Origin: Pedobacter sp.
GTDB taxonomy: Bacteria; Desulfobacterota; Desulfuromonadia; Desulfuromonadales; Syntrophotaleaceae
NCBI GenBank assembly: GCA_050253415.1
Contig: JBFWJC010000002.1
Span: forward strand, 1 to 64,000
Direction of reading: 5' to 3'
Length of the DNA: 64,000 bases
Below, in pieces: positions 38,270 through 49,541 of this stretch. Made by a program: the position numbers and the translations under genes. Each line of letters opens with the position of its first letter. Position 1 is the first letter of the stretch. The notes beneath the pieces are model-generated. The model was not told the origin of the DNA, ran no database searches, and saw only the letters and a program-made list of their open reading frames with translations.

Positions 38270-39067
38270 TTACTTGCCCCAGGATTTAAGTCGCTGTTTG
38301 GCGGTCTGGGCTTCCTCGGACAAGGGGAAACTCTTAGTCAGTTTTTCCAGTATGGCAATGGCGCTTTTGCGGTCGCCCAATTGCTCAAACGTCAGTCCTT
38401 GTTTGAGATAGGCCGCAGCGGCTTTTGGGTGTTCCCCGTAGGTTTGGATGACTTCCTCAAATTGCAGGATGGCTTTTTCATATTCTTTTTCGCCAAGGTA
38501 CGATTCCCCTATCCAGTAAGCGGCATTCGATGCCAGGGCATGTTTGGGGTTTTGTTGCAGGAAACCTTCCAGTTGTTTACGGCCGTTGGCATATTGCTTT
38601 TGTTTGCGAATCATGTCCACGGCTTGCAAATAAACGGTCTCAGGCTGCGTTGCGGTTGCAACTGAGGTTTGAGCGGCACCGGTGGTGCTGACCGCAGCGG
38701 GTGGCTGCCCTTCCAGGGCACTGATGCGTAGACCCAGATCGTCGCGAACCAGGGCCAGTTCTTCCTGCAGTTCATTGCGCTGCTGCTCGATATCGGCAAA
38801 GCGGCCGTTGACGCTCTGCAGTTCGAGGCGCAGGTTGTCCAGGTCAGCCTGGGTCTTTGCCTGTTGTTGCGTGAGGGTATCCAGGCGTTGGCGCGTTTGC
38901 CCGACCCGGTCGGACTGCTGAGAGGCAAGCTCGCGTTCGGTCGCGGCCAGGCGGCGTTTCATTTCTGCCAGATCACGTCCCATGGCCAGTTCCTGCTGGG
39001 AGGCGATGCAACCCGGTAAAAGGGTGAGTACAGCCAGAAGCAACACAGCAAATTTAAGATTTTTCAT
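38270..39067 (-). CDS. cpoB: Tol-Pal system protein CpoB/YbgF
   Basis: Lipoprotein signal, coiled coil, TPR (NAAYWIGESY); lies downstream of pal. Confidence 0.9.
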   Translation of the reverse strand: MKNLKFAVLLLAVLTLLPGCIASQQELAMGRDLAEMKRRLAATERELASQQSDRVGQTRQRLDTLTQQQAKTQADLDNLRLELQSVNGRFADIEQQRNELQEELALVRDDLGLRISALEGQPPAAVSTTGAAQTSVATATQPETVYLQAVDMIRKQKQYANGRKQLEGFLQQNPKHALASNAAYWIGESYLGEKEYEKAILQFEEVIQTYGEHPKAAAAYLKQGLTFEQLGDRKSAIAILEKLTKSFPLSEEAQTAKQRLKSWGK

Positions 39068-39136
39068 GACAATCGGTCCTCATTTTTTGAGGGTGGCGGG
39101 TCGGTTTGGCCGACCCGCCTTGGACATAATGCTAAA

Positions 39137-39700
39137 TCAGGGGATGATTTTGAATTCTGCACGCCGGTTCATGGCGTAAGCGGCTTCATTCTGGGCCGGA
39201 TCAAGAGGCATTTCCTCGCCGTAGGAAATCACGCTCAGGCGATCTTTAGCGACTCCCAGGGACTCAAGATAGTTCTGAGTAGCCAGGGCGCGACGCTCAC
39301 CGAGAGCCAGGTTGTATTCATCCGAACCGCGCTCGTCGCAGTAACCTTCGATACGAATTTTCTGCTCGGAGTTGGCTTTGAGGTAATTTGCATTATTGAC
39401 CAGAGTGGCCTGAGCTTCGGGGCTCAGGTCGTAACGGTCAAAGTTGAAGTAGATGCGTTCCAGGGAAGAAACGGCTTGGGGCATACCCATGGCGTTTTCA
39501 TCGCCAACCATGCCTTCGCCAATACCTGTTTCCCCTGCGCCCATCTCTTCAACACCCTGTGTAACCTGTTGTGCTCCTGCCTGATCTGCTGCTGTTGCAG
39601 TCGTTGCGGCTGGTTTTTTGGCGCAGCCTACGGCCAACATGGCAGCAAAGACCATCATCAACAACACCTGCATAGAATTCCTTACACCTGCGCGCTTCAT
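39137..39700 (-). CDS. pal: Peptidoglycan-associated lipoprotein
   Basis: Lipobox AVGC; EGYCDERGSDEYNLALGERRA; NRRAE. Confidence 0.95.
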   Translation of the reverse strand: MKRAGVRNSMQVLLMMVFAAMLAVGCAKKPAATTATAADQAGAQQVTQGVEEMGAGETGIGEGMVGDENAMGMPQAVSSLERIYFNFDRYDLSPEAQATLVNNANYLKANSEQKIRIEGYCDERGSDEYNLALGERRALATQNYLESLGVAKDRLSVISYGEEMPLDPAQNEAAYAMNRRAEFKIIP

Positions 39701-39866
39701 GGTTTTGCTCCTTTAACTTTGTTGACAAAAAGGGGTTGAAGACAAAGAACAACTTCGGGAACACCCCGAAGATTTAGAAACCGTCCTATTAAAAATTAAC
39801 TAATGGTGCAACTTGCGGCACATTATACTTAAACGTCAAAAAAAAAAATAGGGGTATTTAAATGGG

Positions 39867-41159
39867 TCAACGCTGCCGGGACCACGCCGGGTGCTGGCTT
39901 TGTCCGCCGGTGGCGGAAATGCGCTGCATGCCTGTACCGTCCGCCCGCATGATATAAATTCCTCTGCTGCCATCCTGATCCGAAGAATACACCAGGAATC
40001 TTCCGTCCGGACTCCAGCGCGGATGTTCCTTGTTGCCCGGTCCGAAAGTCAGCCGCCGTTCATCGGTGCCATCGGGCCGAATGGTATAGATATCGAAAAC
40101 GTTGCCCTCCAGGCGGGTGAAGGCGATGCGGTCGCCATCGGGGCTCCAGGCCGGGGTGGCATTGTATTTACCGTTGCCGCTGATCCGCTTGGTCTGGCCG
40201 CTGAGCAGATCAAGCACAAAAATGTGCGGGTTGCCCTGCCGGTCGGAGACAAATGCAAGTTTATCGCCGGCTGGACTCCAGCTCGGATCGACATCGATGC
40301 CCCAATGGTTGGTAAGGCGTCGACGCTGACTGCCGTCGGTACCCAGCAGAACCAGTTCCGGATTGCCGCTTTCCGATTGGGTTAATGCAATTTCCCGACC
40401 GTCCGGCCGGAAACGTGCGGAAATATTCAATCCTTTTTTAAACGACAAGCGGGCTTCCTGGCCTGTGCCAAGGTATTTTCGATAGAGATCGGGGTTGCCG
40501 GGACGATAGGAAGTGAAGATCACTTCCCGGCCATTTGGCGAGAAGTCGGGGTTCAGGACGATGGAACGATGGTCCGTCAGGCGCAGCGAATTGGCCCCAT
40601 CGGTGTCCATCAGGTAGAGTTCCTTGTGTCCGCTGCGATTGTCGATGTAAGCGATACGTGAGCTGAATGGGCCCTCTTTGCCGGTAACGCTCTTCAGTAT
40701 CAGATCGGCAAATTTATGGGCCATGGTGCGCACGTCGCCTTGATAGCCGGAGTAACTCCGACCGGTAAGGAGTCGTCTGTGGATGACATCGAACAGGCGG
40801 AATTCAACCAGCAGACGGTCCCCCTGCATGCGATAACCGCCCTTGATAAGGATCTCTGTTCCCAAGAGGGACCACTGATTAAAATCGACCTGGGTGCTGG
40901 TCAGGCCGAGTCGCTGTGCATCATCCAGAAACGATGCAGGATCCAGCTGGCGGAACAGCCCCGACATGTCGAGATCATGGCTCATGACCTCGTGCAACTC
41001 CCTGGCTACGGCGGGTAACGGGGGCCCGGAAAGGGGCAACATCTCCGTATTGGCCACGGCAACGGTTTGCTGACCGGGGGCGCGAACTTCCACCTGTGCC
41101 ATGGCGGCGGTCGCCGACAGGCACAGCAGGGCAAACAACAGGCTTGCGAAACGGCGCAT
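39867..41159 (-). CDS. tolB: Tol-Pal beta-propeller protein
   Basis: Repeated P(S/A)WSPDG PD40 motifs; operon context. Confidence 0.95.
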   Translation of the reverse strand: MRRFASLLFALLCLSATAAMAQVEVRAPGQQTVAVANTEMLPLSGPPLPAVARELHEVMSHDLDMSGLFRQLDPASFLDDAQRLGLTSTQVDFNQWSLLGTEILIKGGYRMQGDRLLVEFRLFDVIHRRLLTGRSYSGYQGDVRTMAHKFADLILKSVTGKEGPFSSRIAYIDNRSGHKELYLMDTDGANSLRLTDHRSIVLNPDFSPNGREVIFTSYRPGNPDLYRKYLGTGQEARLSFKKGLNISARFRPDGREIALTQSESGNPELVLLGTDGSQRRRLTNHWGIDVDPSWSPAGDKLAFVSDRQGNPHIFVLDLLSGQTKRISGNGKYNATPAWSPDGDRIAFTRLEGNVFDIYTIRPDGTDERRLTFGPGNKEHPRWSPDGRFLVYSSDQDGSRGIYIMRADGTGMQRISATGGQSQHPAWSRQR

Positions 41160-41163
41160 GGGC

Positions 41164-42000
41164 TTAATCCATAAGGTCTTTAAGGTTAAATACAACATCG
41201 AACTGCAGTAGCTTGCCGGGCTTGAATGGCAGGACTTTGGTCTTAAGAATAGCTTTTTTGAGCGAATCGTCAAAGGTCGCATCGCCGGAGGACTCGACAA
41301 ACCGATAGTTGGTCAGCGTGCCGTCGGCGCTATAGCTCACATGCACGGTGGCTTGCAGGTCACGGCGGGAAACCTGGTATTTGGAAAGACTCCAGTTTTC
41401 TTTGTAAAAGGCCTGCAGCCAGGTTTGCTGGTCCACGCCTATTTCATCCCCGCTGCCATCGGGCATGCCCAGGGGGGCACCGGAACCGTAGCTTTTGCCG
41501 GTGGGAGCGTCCCCTGATAATGCAGCGATTTTGTTTTTCAGGTCGGCCAGTTCCTGCTGCCGTTGCTGATTCTGGCGCATGGCGGCAATTTTATCCTGAA
41601 CGCTCTGCTCTGCATGCTGGACCGCCTCGGTCGGTTTGGCAGGTTTGCTGCTGTCTTTCACAGGAGCAGGTTTCGTCACGGCTGGTTTGCTGGCGACCGA
41701 TTTTGGTTTTGATGTGCGCGGCTCTGGCTTGGGGGCCGGCTGAGGAGCAGGTGCCGCTGGTTTCGGCTTGGCGGCCGGTTTGGCTTTCGGCGCAGTCCCG
41801 CCGTCAGGGCGTCCGGCCTGGGGATTGAGGACCGGCATTTTGCTCAGGTCCACATAATAGACAGGCCGCTTGTCGATGTGTGTTCCCCCGAAAAAAACGC
41901 CGGAAAACAGCACGAAAACCACGATGTGCAGGGCCAGGGAGATAACCAGCAGCCAAAACAGACTTGGTTCATTGCGGGAGTATAACGGTGGTGTTGTCAC
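41164..42000 (-). CDS. tolA: TolA/TonB-type energy transducer
   Basis: TM with SLALH, Pro/Lys-rich linker, C-terminal SSGDATFD; start approximate. Confidence 0.8.
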   Translation of the reverse strand: MTTPPLYSRNEPSLFWLLVISLALHIVVFVLFSGVFFGGTHIDKRPVYYVDLSKMPVLNPQAGRPDGGTAPKAKPAAKPKPAAPAPQPAPKPEPRTSKPKSVASKPAVTKPAPVKDSSKPAKPTEAVQHAEQSVQDKIAAMRQNQQRQQELADLKNKIAALSGDAPTGKSYGSGAPLGMPDGSGDEIGVDQQTWLQAFYKENWSLSKYQVSRRDLQATVHVSYSADGTLTNYRFVESSGDATFDDSLKKAILKTKVLPFKPGKLLQFDVVFNLKDLMD

Positions 42001-42043
42001 AGTCGTATCGGCCTTTGCGGCATGGCAAGGTGCAAGTAAATGT

Positions 42044-42478
42044 TCAACGGCGTTTGGCCGGTTCCGGGGGTTGCGAAACCATCCCCAATTTGTCGATGCC
42101 GGCACCCTTGATGGCAGCCATGACCTGCACAACCTTGCCGTAAGCGACGTCGCGGTCGGCCTGCAGAAAGACTTCCTTGTCTTTGCGGCCTTCCATGATC
42201 TGGCGCAGTACCGGCATCAGCTTGTCGGGGCCGGGGATGCTGGTTTTGCCGATGGAGATGGCGCCACTTTTATCGACGGTGACCACCAGCGGTTCCTTGC
42301 CCGCAGCTAACCCGGGGGCGTCGGATACTTCCGGCAGGTTGACTTCCACGCCTTGCTCAAGCATCGGAGCGGTAACCATGAAGATGATCAGCAGGACCAG
42401 CATGACGTCAACCAACGGGGTGACGTTGATTTGCGACAAGGTGGAGCGTGCCGAGCCGTTGCGTTGGCCTACTTCCAT
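42044..42478 (-). CDS. tolR: TolR/ExbD protein
   Basis: INVTPLVDVMLVLLIIFMVTAP. Confidence 0.93.
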   Translation of the reverse strand: MEVGQRNGSARSTLSQINVTPLVDVMLVLLIIFMVTAPMLEQGVEVNLPEVSDAPGLAAGKEPLVVTVDKSGAISIGKTSIPGPDKLMPVLRQIMEGRKDKEVFLQADRDVAYGKVVQVMAAIKGAGIDKLGMVSQPPEPAKRR

Positions 42479-42479
42479 G

Positions 42480-43199
42480 TCAGCTCCTTCGCAGCATGCG
42501 GCCGACGATATTCAGGAACTCCTGGCAGAAGCTGTCCATATCGCCGGTCAGGACGTTGACCTTGCTGACAAAGTGGTTGTAGGCAACAACCGCGGGGATG
42601 GCGGCTACCAGGCCAATGGCGGTGGCAACCAGTGCCTCGGAGATGCCGGGGGCGACGACCGCCAGGGAAGCGCTGCCGGTTTGGCCAATACCGTGAAACG
42701 AATCCATGATCCCCCATACGGTACCGAACAGACCGATAAACGGCGCAGTCGAACCGGTGGTGGCAAGAAACGGCAAATACCGCTCCAGACGCTGAGTTTC
42801 CTGGTTGGTGGCGCGCCGCAGGGCTCGGGCGACATTGTCCGCCTGGCCCATCTCTGCGCTGAACGGGGTCGGCTCGTCGCCGTTGTTCTCGCGCTGGTTG
42901 CGCATCAGTTCCTGATAGCCATCCCGAAACAACACAGCAGTCGGGGCATGGGGGAAATCCTTCAGGTTTTTACTGATGGTGTCGAGGCGGCGTTTGTTCC
43001 AGAAGAATTGCTGAAATCGCCCGGAGTCGCCGATCGCGCTATAGATAACCCGAAACTTCAAAAAGATGATTGCCCAGGAAAGCAGGGAAAACCCGATAAG
43101 TATAAGCAGAACCAGTTTGACTACCAGTCCGGCGCCGGAAATCAGCTCCAAGGTGTTACCTCCATGCGTGGGGAAGAAATCTGAAAGTTGTTTCCTCAA
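42480..43199 (-). CDS. tolQ: TolQ/ExbB protein
   Basis: APFIGLFGTVWGIM, GISEALVATAIGL; start probably about 43151. Confidence 0.93.
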   Translation of the reverse strand: MRKQLSDFFPTHGGNTLELISGAGLVVKLVLLILIGFSLLSWAIIFLKFRVIYSAIGDSGRFQQFFWNKRRLDTISKNLKDFPHAPTAVLFRDGYQELMRNQRENNGDEPTPFSAEMGQADNVARALRRATNQETQRLERYLPFLATTGSTAPFIGLFGTVWGIMDSFHGIGQTGSASLAVVAPGISEALVATAIGLVAAIPAVVAYNHFVSKVNVLTGDMDSFCQEFLNIVGRMLRRS

Positions 43200-43344
43200 G
43201 TGAGTTTATCGTGGAAACGCGTAGATTATTCATGAACCTTTGATGCAAGTCAACTGGCATCATCGCAGTGTCCGGTGTGCATGAGCACGGACTTGTGTCT
43301 TCTGCCTGAGTCGATATGCTCATAGAAAAAGCAAGGAGGATGCC

Positions 43345-44556
43345 ATGCTTGCCTTGACGCAGATTCGGGAAGCGGCAGCTGCGCTGCGGGGCAGGTTCTG
43401 TCGCACGGAACTGATTCATTCCCACTATTTTTCCGAACAGATCGACTTGCCGGTCTATTTCAAGTGTGAAAACCTGCAGCGCTCCGGATCGTTCAAAGTG
43501 CGGGGGGCTTTTAATTTTATGAGTCGGCAATCGGCAAGCCGTCTTGCCGCGGGTGTCGTAACCGCTTCCGCCGGCAACCATGCCCAGGGGGTGGCCCTGT
43601 CGGCGGCGCGTCTGGGCGTGTCCTCGACGGTGGTGATGCCCGAAAATACGCCTTTGGCCAAAATGCAGGCCACGCGTGCTTATGGCGCCGAGGTGGTGAT
43701 GCATGGCACGGTGTTTGACGAGGCTCTGGAGGAAGCTTTGCGTCTGAAAAAAGAGCACGGTCTGTTGTATGTGCCGCCCTTTGACGATTTGCTGGTCATG
43801 GCCGGCCAAGGGACCGTGGGGCTTGAGATTGTTGAGGACCTGCCCTGTGTCGATACGGTACTGGTGCCTGTCGGTGGTGGCGGATTGATTGCCGGAGTGG
43901 CAACCGCCATCAAAGCACTCAGGCCTGCTGCGCGGATTATCGGGGTAGAAGCCGAAATGGCTGCGTCGGCCGTGGCTTCGCGTCGTCAGGGGTGTGTTGT
44001 CAGTTTGCCCGCCGCTCATTCTCTTGCAGACGGCATTGCACTGAAGCGTATAGGTGAGAAGACTTTTCCGATCATTGAAGCCTTGGTTGACGAGCTGGTG
44101 ACGGTCAGTGAAGAACGGATTGCCCTGGCTATTGTGGCGTTGATGGAAAAGACGCGACTGGTGGTGGAAGGTGCCGGCGCTGTCGGGTTGGCGGCTTTGC
44201 TGCACGCAGCGCGTCCGCTGGTGCGCGGGAACACTGTGTGTTTGTTGTCGGGAGGCAACATCGATGTGCAGACCATAGCCCGGGTGGTGGATCGGGGCCT
44301 GGTGGCGGCCGGACGTTATCTCAAGTTGCGGGTCGAGCTCAACGATGCCCCCGGATCTCTGGGGCAACTGGCGCATTTATTGGGTGAGTGCCGTGCCAAT
44401 ATCTATCATGTCAGTCATGATCGACACCGGCTCGGTGTGCCGATGGGGCGGGCCGAGGTGCATCTGGAGCTTGAAACGCGCGGGCCGGAGCATATTCGGG
44501 AGATCCTGGCAGCGCTGGAAAAGGCCGCCTATCGGGTGGGGCGGATGGAAGGCTGA
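43345..44556 (+). CDS. ilvA: Threonine ammonia-lyase with an ACT domain
   Basis: KCENLQRSGSFKVRGA, SAGNHAQG, VGGGGLIAG, SGGNID. Confidence 0.93.
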   Translation: MLALTQIREAAAALRGRFCRTELIHSHYFSEQIDLPVYFKCENLQRSGSFKVRGAFNFMSRQSASRLAAGVVTASAGNHAQGVALSAARLGVSSTVVMPENTPLAKMQATRAYGAEVVMHGTVFDEALEEALRLKKEHGLLYVPPFDDLLVMAGQGTVGLEIVEDLPCVDTVLVPVGGGGLIAGVATAIKALRPAARIIGVEAEMAASAVASRRQGCVVSLPAAHSLADGIALKRIGEKTFPIIEALVDELVTVSEERIALAIVALMEKTRLVVEGAGAVGLAALLHAARPLVRGNTVCLLSGGNIDVQTIARVVDRGLVAAGRYLKLRVELNDAPGSLGQLAHLLGECRANIYHVSHDRHRLGVPMGRAEVHLELETRGPEHIREILAALEKAAYRVGRMEG

Positions 44557-45206
44557 CCAGACACGGTTTCATCAAGCAGTTGGGTTGCCAATTGGGCGGT
44601 GACGCTGTCGGGCGATCGCTGCATGAGTTGTCGCAGACTGGCGACATCGTCCACATCGTGCCACTCGGGGAGTTCGAGGCAGCTTAACTGCATGTCTAGC
44701 ATCCGTTTACGGGTTGCAGTCAACACCTCGCCGGTACTCCAGGGGATGTTCCGGAAAAGGTCCGGGGCGGGGTGGCGCAAGCCGATAAGGACGTAGCCGC
44801 CATCGCCTGCCGGTGCCAGGACTGCGTCATGATCGTTGAGCCCGGCAAAAGCCTGCCGGATGATAGCTGCAGGCAGGTCGGGACTGTCGGAGCCGATGAT
44901 CACAACCTGTCGAGCGCCGGAGGCAAAGCGTGAGGCGAACGCCTGTGCCAGGCGTTCGCCGAGATCGTCGCCGGTTTGTTCCGCCAGAGGCAAGTCCGGA
45001 AAGTTTCTGTCGAAGAACCGGCGATCCCCCTGGTAAAACAGCACCGTGCGCCAATCGCCCAACCCCGCCAGGTGTGCAGTCTCCCGCAGACTGCATTGGT
45101 ATAATCGGGCGGCCAGCTCAGGTGTCAGCGGGGGACATAGCCGGGTTTTCACCTGGCCTGGGATCGGTTGTTTGGCAAAAATACCCAGTACCGCTGTTGC
45201 TGTCAT
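44529..45206 (-). CDS. DUF2064/CofC-like transferase (TIGR04282-like)
   Basis: FAKQPIPGQVKTRL, QTGDDLGERL, IGSDSP, GDGGYVLIG, DVDD. Confidence 0.88.
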   Translation of the reverse strand: MTATAVLGIFAKQPIPGQVKTRLCPPLTPELAARLYQCSLRETAHLAGLGDWRTVLFYQGDRRFFDRNFPDLPLAEQTGDDLGERLAQAFASRFASGARQVVIIGSDSPDLPAAIIRQAFAGLNDHDAVLAPAGDGGYVLIGLRHPAPDLFRNIPWSTGEVLTATRKRMLDMQLSCLELPEWHDVDDVASLRQLMQRSPDSVTAQLATQLLDETVSGQPSIRPTR

Positions 45207-46012
45207 GGCACCACGGGGGACTCTGTGTCTTCGGCACGGGGCGGAAATTCGACCATGGCGTAAGCCGAATGGTTGTGGATCGATTCGAAGTTTTCGCATT
45301 CCACCCGAAACCAGGTGATCTCCGGCGCCGATTTCAGTTTGAGGGTGACTGCCCGCACGATGTCTTCCACAAACATGGGGTTGTCGTAAGCCTGCTCGGT
45401 GACGGCTTTTTCATCCTCACGCTTGAGCAGTGCATAGACCGGGGCGCTGCCACATTCTTCGACCCAGCTGATAAGGTCCTCGATCCAGATGAATTTGCTC
45501 ATGCGAACTTCCACCTTGACCGCGCTGCGCTGGTTGTGAGCGCCGCGTTCGCTGATCTCCTTGGAACAGGGGCACAGGGCGGTCAGCGGGACTTCCACCG
45601 CCAGCACGAAATCCTTTTCTTCCGCCAGGGTGCCGCGCAGGCAGCAGCGATATTCCATGAGACTGCGGGCCTTGGAAACCGGTGCTTCTTTTTCGATAAA
45701 GTAGGGGAAATCCATTTCGATGTGGGCGCAGGAAGCGTCGAGGCGGTCCTTCATCTCCTGCAGCAGGCCACCCATGTTGCGCATGGTGATTTCGCCCCGA
45801 TACTGGTTGAGTATCTCCACGAAACGGCTCATGTGGGTGCCCTTGAAGTGATGGGGCAGATCGACGTACATGTTGATGCGGGCCACCGTGTGCTGCTGGT
45901 CCTTGTTTTTATCCATGACCACGATGGGATAACGGATATCCTTGACGCCAACCTTGTCGATGGCGACGTTACGCGTATCGCGCTCCATCTGCATATCGCG
46001 CATGCGGCTCAT
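45203..46012 (-). CDS. folE2: GTP cyclohydrolase IB
   Basis: [32 protein letters not shown]. Confidence 0.95.
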   Translation of the reverse strand: MSRMRDMQMERDTRNVAIDKVGVKDIRYPIVVMDKNKDQQHTVARINMYVDLPHHFKGTHMSRFVEILNQYRGEITMRNMGGLLQEMKDRLDASCAHIEMDFPYFIEKEAPVSKARSLMEYRCCLRGTLAEEKDFVLAVEVPLTALCPCSKEISERGAHNQRSAVKVEVRMSKFIWIEDLISWVEECGSAPVYALLKREDEKAVTEQAYDNPMFVEDIVRAVTLKLKSAPEITWFRVECENFESIHNHSAYAMVEFPPRAEDTESPVVP

Positions 46013-46701
46013 CGGGACACCTCCTTGACGTAAGCGGCGGGATCGGCAATCCCCACTTCGGCAAAGCCTTTCAGACGCAATTGGCAGGAGTCGCACAATC
46101 CGCAGGCCAACCCCTCCGGGGTGGGGTCGTAGCAGGAATGTGTCAGGGCGTAATCGACACCCAGGTCCAGTCCGCGCTGAATGATCTGTGCCTTGGTCAA
46201 ATGCAGAAGCGGCGCATGAACGCGGTATTGGCCTTGCCCCTCAACGCCGGCTTTGGTGGCGAGATTGGCGAGCTGCTCGAAGGCACTGATGAATTGCGGC
46301 CGGCAGTCCGGGTATCCGGAATAATCGAGGGCGTTGACCCCGATAAAAATGTCGAACGAGCCCAGCACCTCCGCCCAGCCCAAAGCAAAAGACAGGAAGA
46401 TGGTGTTGCGGGCCGGTACGTAGGTTACCGGGATGGCCTCGTCGATTTGGCGCCCTTTAGGCACTTCCTGGTCGGAGGTCAGGGCACTGCCACCGATACG
46501 GCGCAGGTCGAAATCGATAATCATATGGTCGGCGGCGCCGACTTGGGGAGCGTAAATGCGGGCTTTTTCCAGCTCCACCGTGTGCCGCTGCCCGTAATTG
46601 AAACTCAAGGCATAGGGGGTAAAGCCGGCCGCACGGGCTTCGGCCATACAGGTTGTGGAATCAAGGCCTCCGCTGTATAGAACAACTGCTTTTTTGCTCA
46701 T
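46009..46701 (-). CDS. queC: 7-cyano-7-deazaguanine synthase
   Basis: SGGLDS, TYVPARN, YPDCR, CGLCDSC. Confidence 0.96.
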   Translation of the reverse strand: MSKKAVVLYSGGLDSTTCMAEARAAGFTPYALSFNYGQRHTVELEKARIYAPQVGAADHMIIDFDLRRIGGSALTSDQEVPKGRQIDEAIPVTYVPARNTIFLSFALGWAEVLGSFDIFIGVNALDYSGYPDCRPQFISAFEQLANLATKAGVEGQGQYRVHAPLLHLTKAQIIQRGLDLGVDYALTHSCYDPTPEGLACGLCDSCQLRLKGFAEVGIADPAAYVKEVSR

Positions 46702-46750
46702 GGATGGTATTCCTTGTTGAAACGGTGTGTTCAGGATCGTCTGATGACGA

Positions 46751-48220
46751 TCAGTTGATCTCGTAATATTTGCCGGTGCCCAACTGGTGCACCTTCATCA
46801 GATTGGTCGTTCCGTAGGCTGCCACAGGGCTACCCATGGTAATGATAACAATATCCCCTTTTTGCAGCACTCCCGCCGCCAGCACGGCCTCTTCCACCGA
46901 ATGAATCTGCGATTCCGTATCCCCGGCAAAATCAACCCGGATCGATTGTACCCCGGAATAGAGGGACAGTCGTCGGCGTACTTCACGCGACGGTGTCACG
47001 GCATAAATGGGGATCTCCGGACGAAACCGCGAAACCATGGCTGCCGTCGAGCCGGTCTGGGTAAACGCCAGGATGGCTTTTGCCCCGACATGCATAGCGG
47101 TGCGGCAGGCGGCCTCGCCGATGGCATCGGACAGTCGCCGCGGGCTGCCCTGGAGTTTGGGGAAGCTGTAAAACAATTGCTGTTTGAGCAGGGCATCGCT
47201 TTCAACGCTGCGCGCCACCCGGTCCATCAAAGCGACCGCTTCGACCGGGTACTTGCCCGTGGCGGTTTCGCCCGACAACATGACCGCATCGGTTCCATCG
47301 AGAATGGCGTTGGCCACATCCGATGTTTCAGCTCGGGTCGGACGCGGGTTGTAAATCATGCTTTCAAGCATCTGGGTGGCGGTAATCACAGGCTTGCCCA
47401 TTTCATGGCAGCGCCGAATAATATGTTTCTGTATCAGAGGCACGCGTTCCGGGCTGATCTCCACTCCCAGGTCGCCACGCGCCACCATGATGGCGTCGGA
47501 CTCTTCCAGGATAGCATCAAAATCCTCGACAGCCTGGGGTTTTTCGATTTTGGCAACCACCGAAATGGTGCTGTTTTTCGTATGCAGTAAAGTTTTTAAT
47601 TGTTGCACGTCGGTTGCTTGCCGCACAAACGAAAGAGCCAGGTAGTCGAAGCCCTGGTCTACGGCAAAAGTAACGTCGTCTCGATCTTTATCTGTCAAAG
47701 ACGGAACGGACAGTGCTGCTCCGGGTAGATTGACGCCTTTGTGATCCTTCAAGGTTCCGCCGGTAAGGATGCGGCAGCGAACAGCCGTCGGCGCTGTGTC
47801 GAGGACCTCGAGTTCCAGCAATCCGTCGTCCAGCAGAATCCGGTCGCCACTGGCCACTTCCGAGGCTAGCTCCGAATAGGTCACGGGGATGCGACTGGCT
47901 TCGCCTTCGGTATCGTCGGAGGTCAGGATAACCGTATCGCCGGTTTTAAGCTGAACCATGCCGTTTTGCATGCGCCCGGTGCGGATTTTTGGTCCTTGCA
48001 GATCCCCGAGAATAGCTACCGGGATCTGGTGCTGCTTGGCCAGATCGCGGATGCGTGTGACGATCAGGGCTTTATTTTTCTGGTCCCCGTGAGAAAAATT
48101 CAAACGAAAGAGATCGGTTCCTGCTTTTATCAGCCGCTCGATGCATTCCCGTGAATCGCAGCCCGGTCCGATGGTAGCGATGATTTTGGTATGGCGGAAC
48201 ATGTTTGGATGGTCCTCCAT
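46751..48220 (-). CDS. pyk: Pyruvate kinase
   Basis: [41 protein letters not shown]. Confidence 0.97.
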   Translation of the reverse strand: MEDHPNMFRHTKIIATIGPGCDSRECIERLIKAGTDLFRLNFSHGDQKNKALIVTRIRDLAKQHQIPVAILGDLQGPKIRTGRMQNGMVQLKTGDTVILTSDDTEGEASRIPVTYSELASEVASGDRILLDDGLLELEVLDTAPTAVRCRILTGGTLKDHKGVNLPGAALSVPSLTDKDRDDVTFAVDQGFDYLALSFVRQATDVQQLKTLLHTKNSTISVVAKIEKPQAVEDFDAILEESDAIMVARGDLGVEISPERVPLIQKHIIRRCHEMGKPVITATQMLESMIYNPRPTRAETSDVANAILDGTDAVMLSGETATGKYPVEAVALMDRVARSVESDALLKQQLFYSFPKLQGSPRRLSDAIGEAACRTAMHVGAKAILAFTQTGSTAAMVSRFRPEIPIYAVTPSREVRRRLSLYSGVQSIRVDFAGDTESQIHSVEEAVLAAGVLQKGDIVIITMGSPVAAYGTTNLMKVHQLGTGKYYEIN

Positions 48221-48289
48221 TAAAATGCAAGAGACAGCCGTAAATGAAAGGACCCTGACTATCGAAGTCAGGGTCCCGAACCTGGCGGT

Positions 48290-48610
48290 TTAGTGGTGGT
48301 AGCGTCCGAGACGTTCCGTATGCGCCCGACTTGGTCCTTTGTGGCAGCGGAAGCAGGGTTCGCCCTCGACTTTCTGCTGCTGTATGGGAGACACATCGGG
48401 TGGCAGAACCGAGGTTTCCTTTTGCCAGGATTCGCGACCGTATTCGTCGGACAGGGTGACGGCTGTTGCCCGTACTTCCCAGTTGGCACTGATCGGTACG
48501 CTATGGCATTGGTCGCAACCTCCCGGGGGTGGGATGGCTTTCCATGCGCCCATCATGGCACAACCGCAAATCACAGCAGCCGGTAATAGCATCCAAAGGA
48601 ATTTTTTCAT
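48290..48610 (-). CDS. Small diheme c-type cytochrome lipoprotein
   Basis: Signal peptide ending ICGC; heme motifs CDQCH and CFRCH. Confidence 0.85.
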   Translation of the reverse strand: MKKFLWMLLPAAVICGCAMMGAWKAIPPPGGCDQCHSVPISANWEVRATAVTLSDEYGRESWQKETSVLPPDVSPIQQQKVEGEPCFRCHKGPSRAHTERLGRYHH

Positions 48611-49085
48611 GTGGGCAACTATCCTCTCTCGGGAAGTTTCTAAAATCGCAGCAACTATACCATAGCCTCCGACCAAGGCCAATGCGAAATAACGGCCCTT
48701 TCACGTCGGTTTGTAGCTGTCGGAGCGGCGTGTTTTTCGATTCTGCTGGTAAGGGTGAGCTTTGACCGGGGAAAATCCTCCGGAGGCATTGCCTGTTAAG
48801 CAGGCATCCCGTCGTCGCCGATTGGGAGGTAAATTTCCTGGCTGGCGAGACAAAATCGAACACCGTGCTATTATGTTGCTAAGTGAGTGAACTTGGAAGG
48901 CTTTACGCGTTGCCCTTGAAGGGTGCGTGAGGGTGGAAGTTGTGTCACAACGGAGCGTATGCGAAAAAAGTGAGACATATTGATCCGTAATGAATTACTT
49001 AAGGATGAATAACTGGGGGTCTGCACCAGTCTGTACTTCGGCCGATAGGCTGTGCCTGTCGAAGCATTTTTCCTGAAAGCTGTTA

Positions 49086-49100
49086 TGGCATTGAAATTGC
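49086..49100 (+). promoter_or_regulatory. Sigma-54 (-24/-12) promoter
   Basis: TGGCATTGAAATTGC (GG-N10-GC) in an AT-rich intergenic region. Confidence 0.55.
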
Positions 49101-49541
49101 GTTAAGGTAAAACACTGGTTTATTGATATGTGATCTTTTGGTTGAAATGTTTGGAACCTCTCTGTGTTGTGTGGGCCATATGCTGAAATTATTGGGTTTT
49201 TACGTTGTTGCCCAATTTGAAAAGACGTTCATCTTGGCTGAAAGTTTTCTCTGGAAGCAAGTTTAATGGCGCCTGTAGTCATACCGAACCGCAAACGGCA
49301 TGTTTAGCCGCGCTTAGGGTAGGAGCGCACACCCGGCTTACCGACGATTGTTCCCGCTGCATCGGGAGTTCGGTAAGAAGGGGGCAACTATGGCGGTTGC
49401 AGTTAAGTCCGAGCGAAAACCGAATGGCGGCTTCCGCTATTTTGTTTTCTGTTTCGGGCATCCCCGTGGCTAGAGGCTTTTTGGCAAGACCCGAGTTGGG
49501 TAAAAAAGAGGATTTTCAAACTTCAAAGGAGGAGTACAAAG

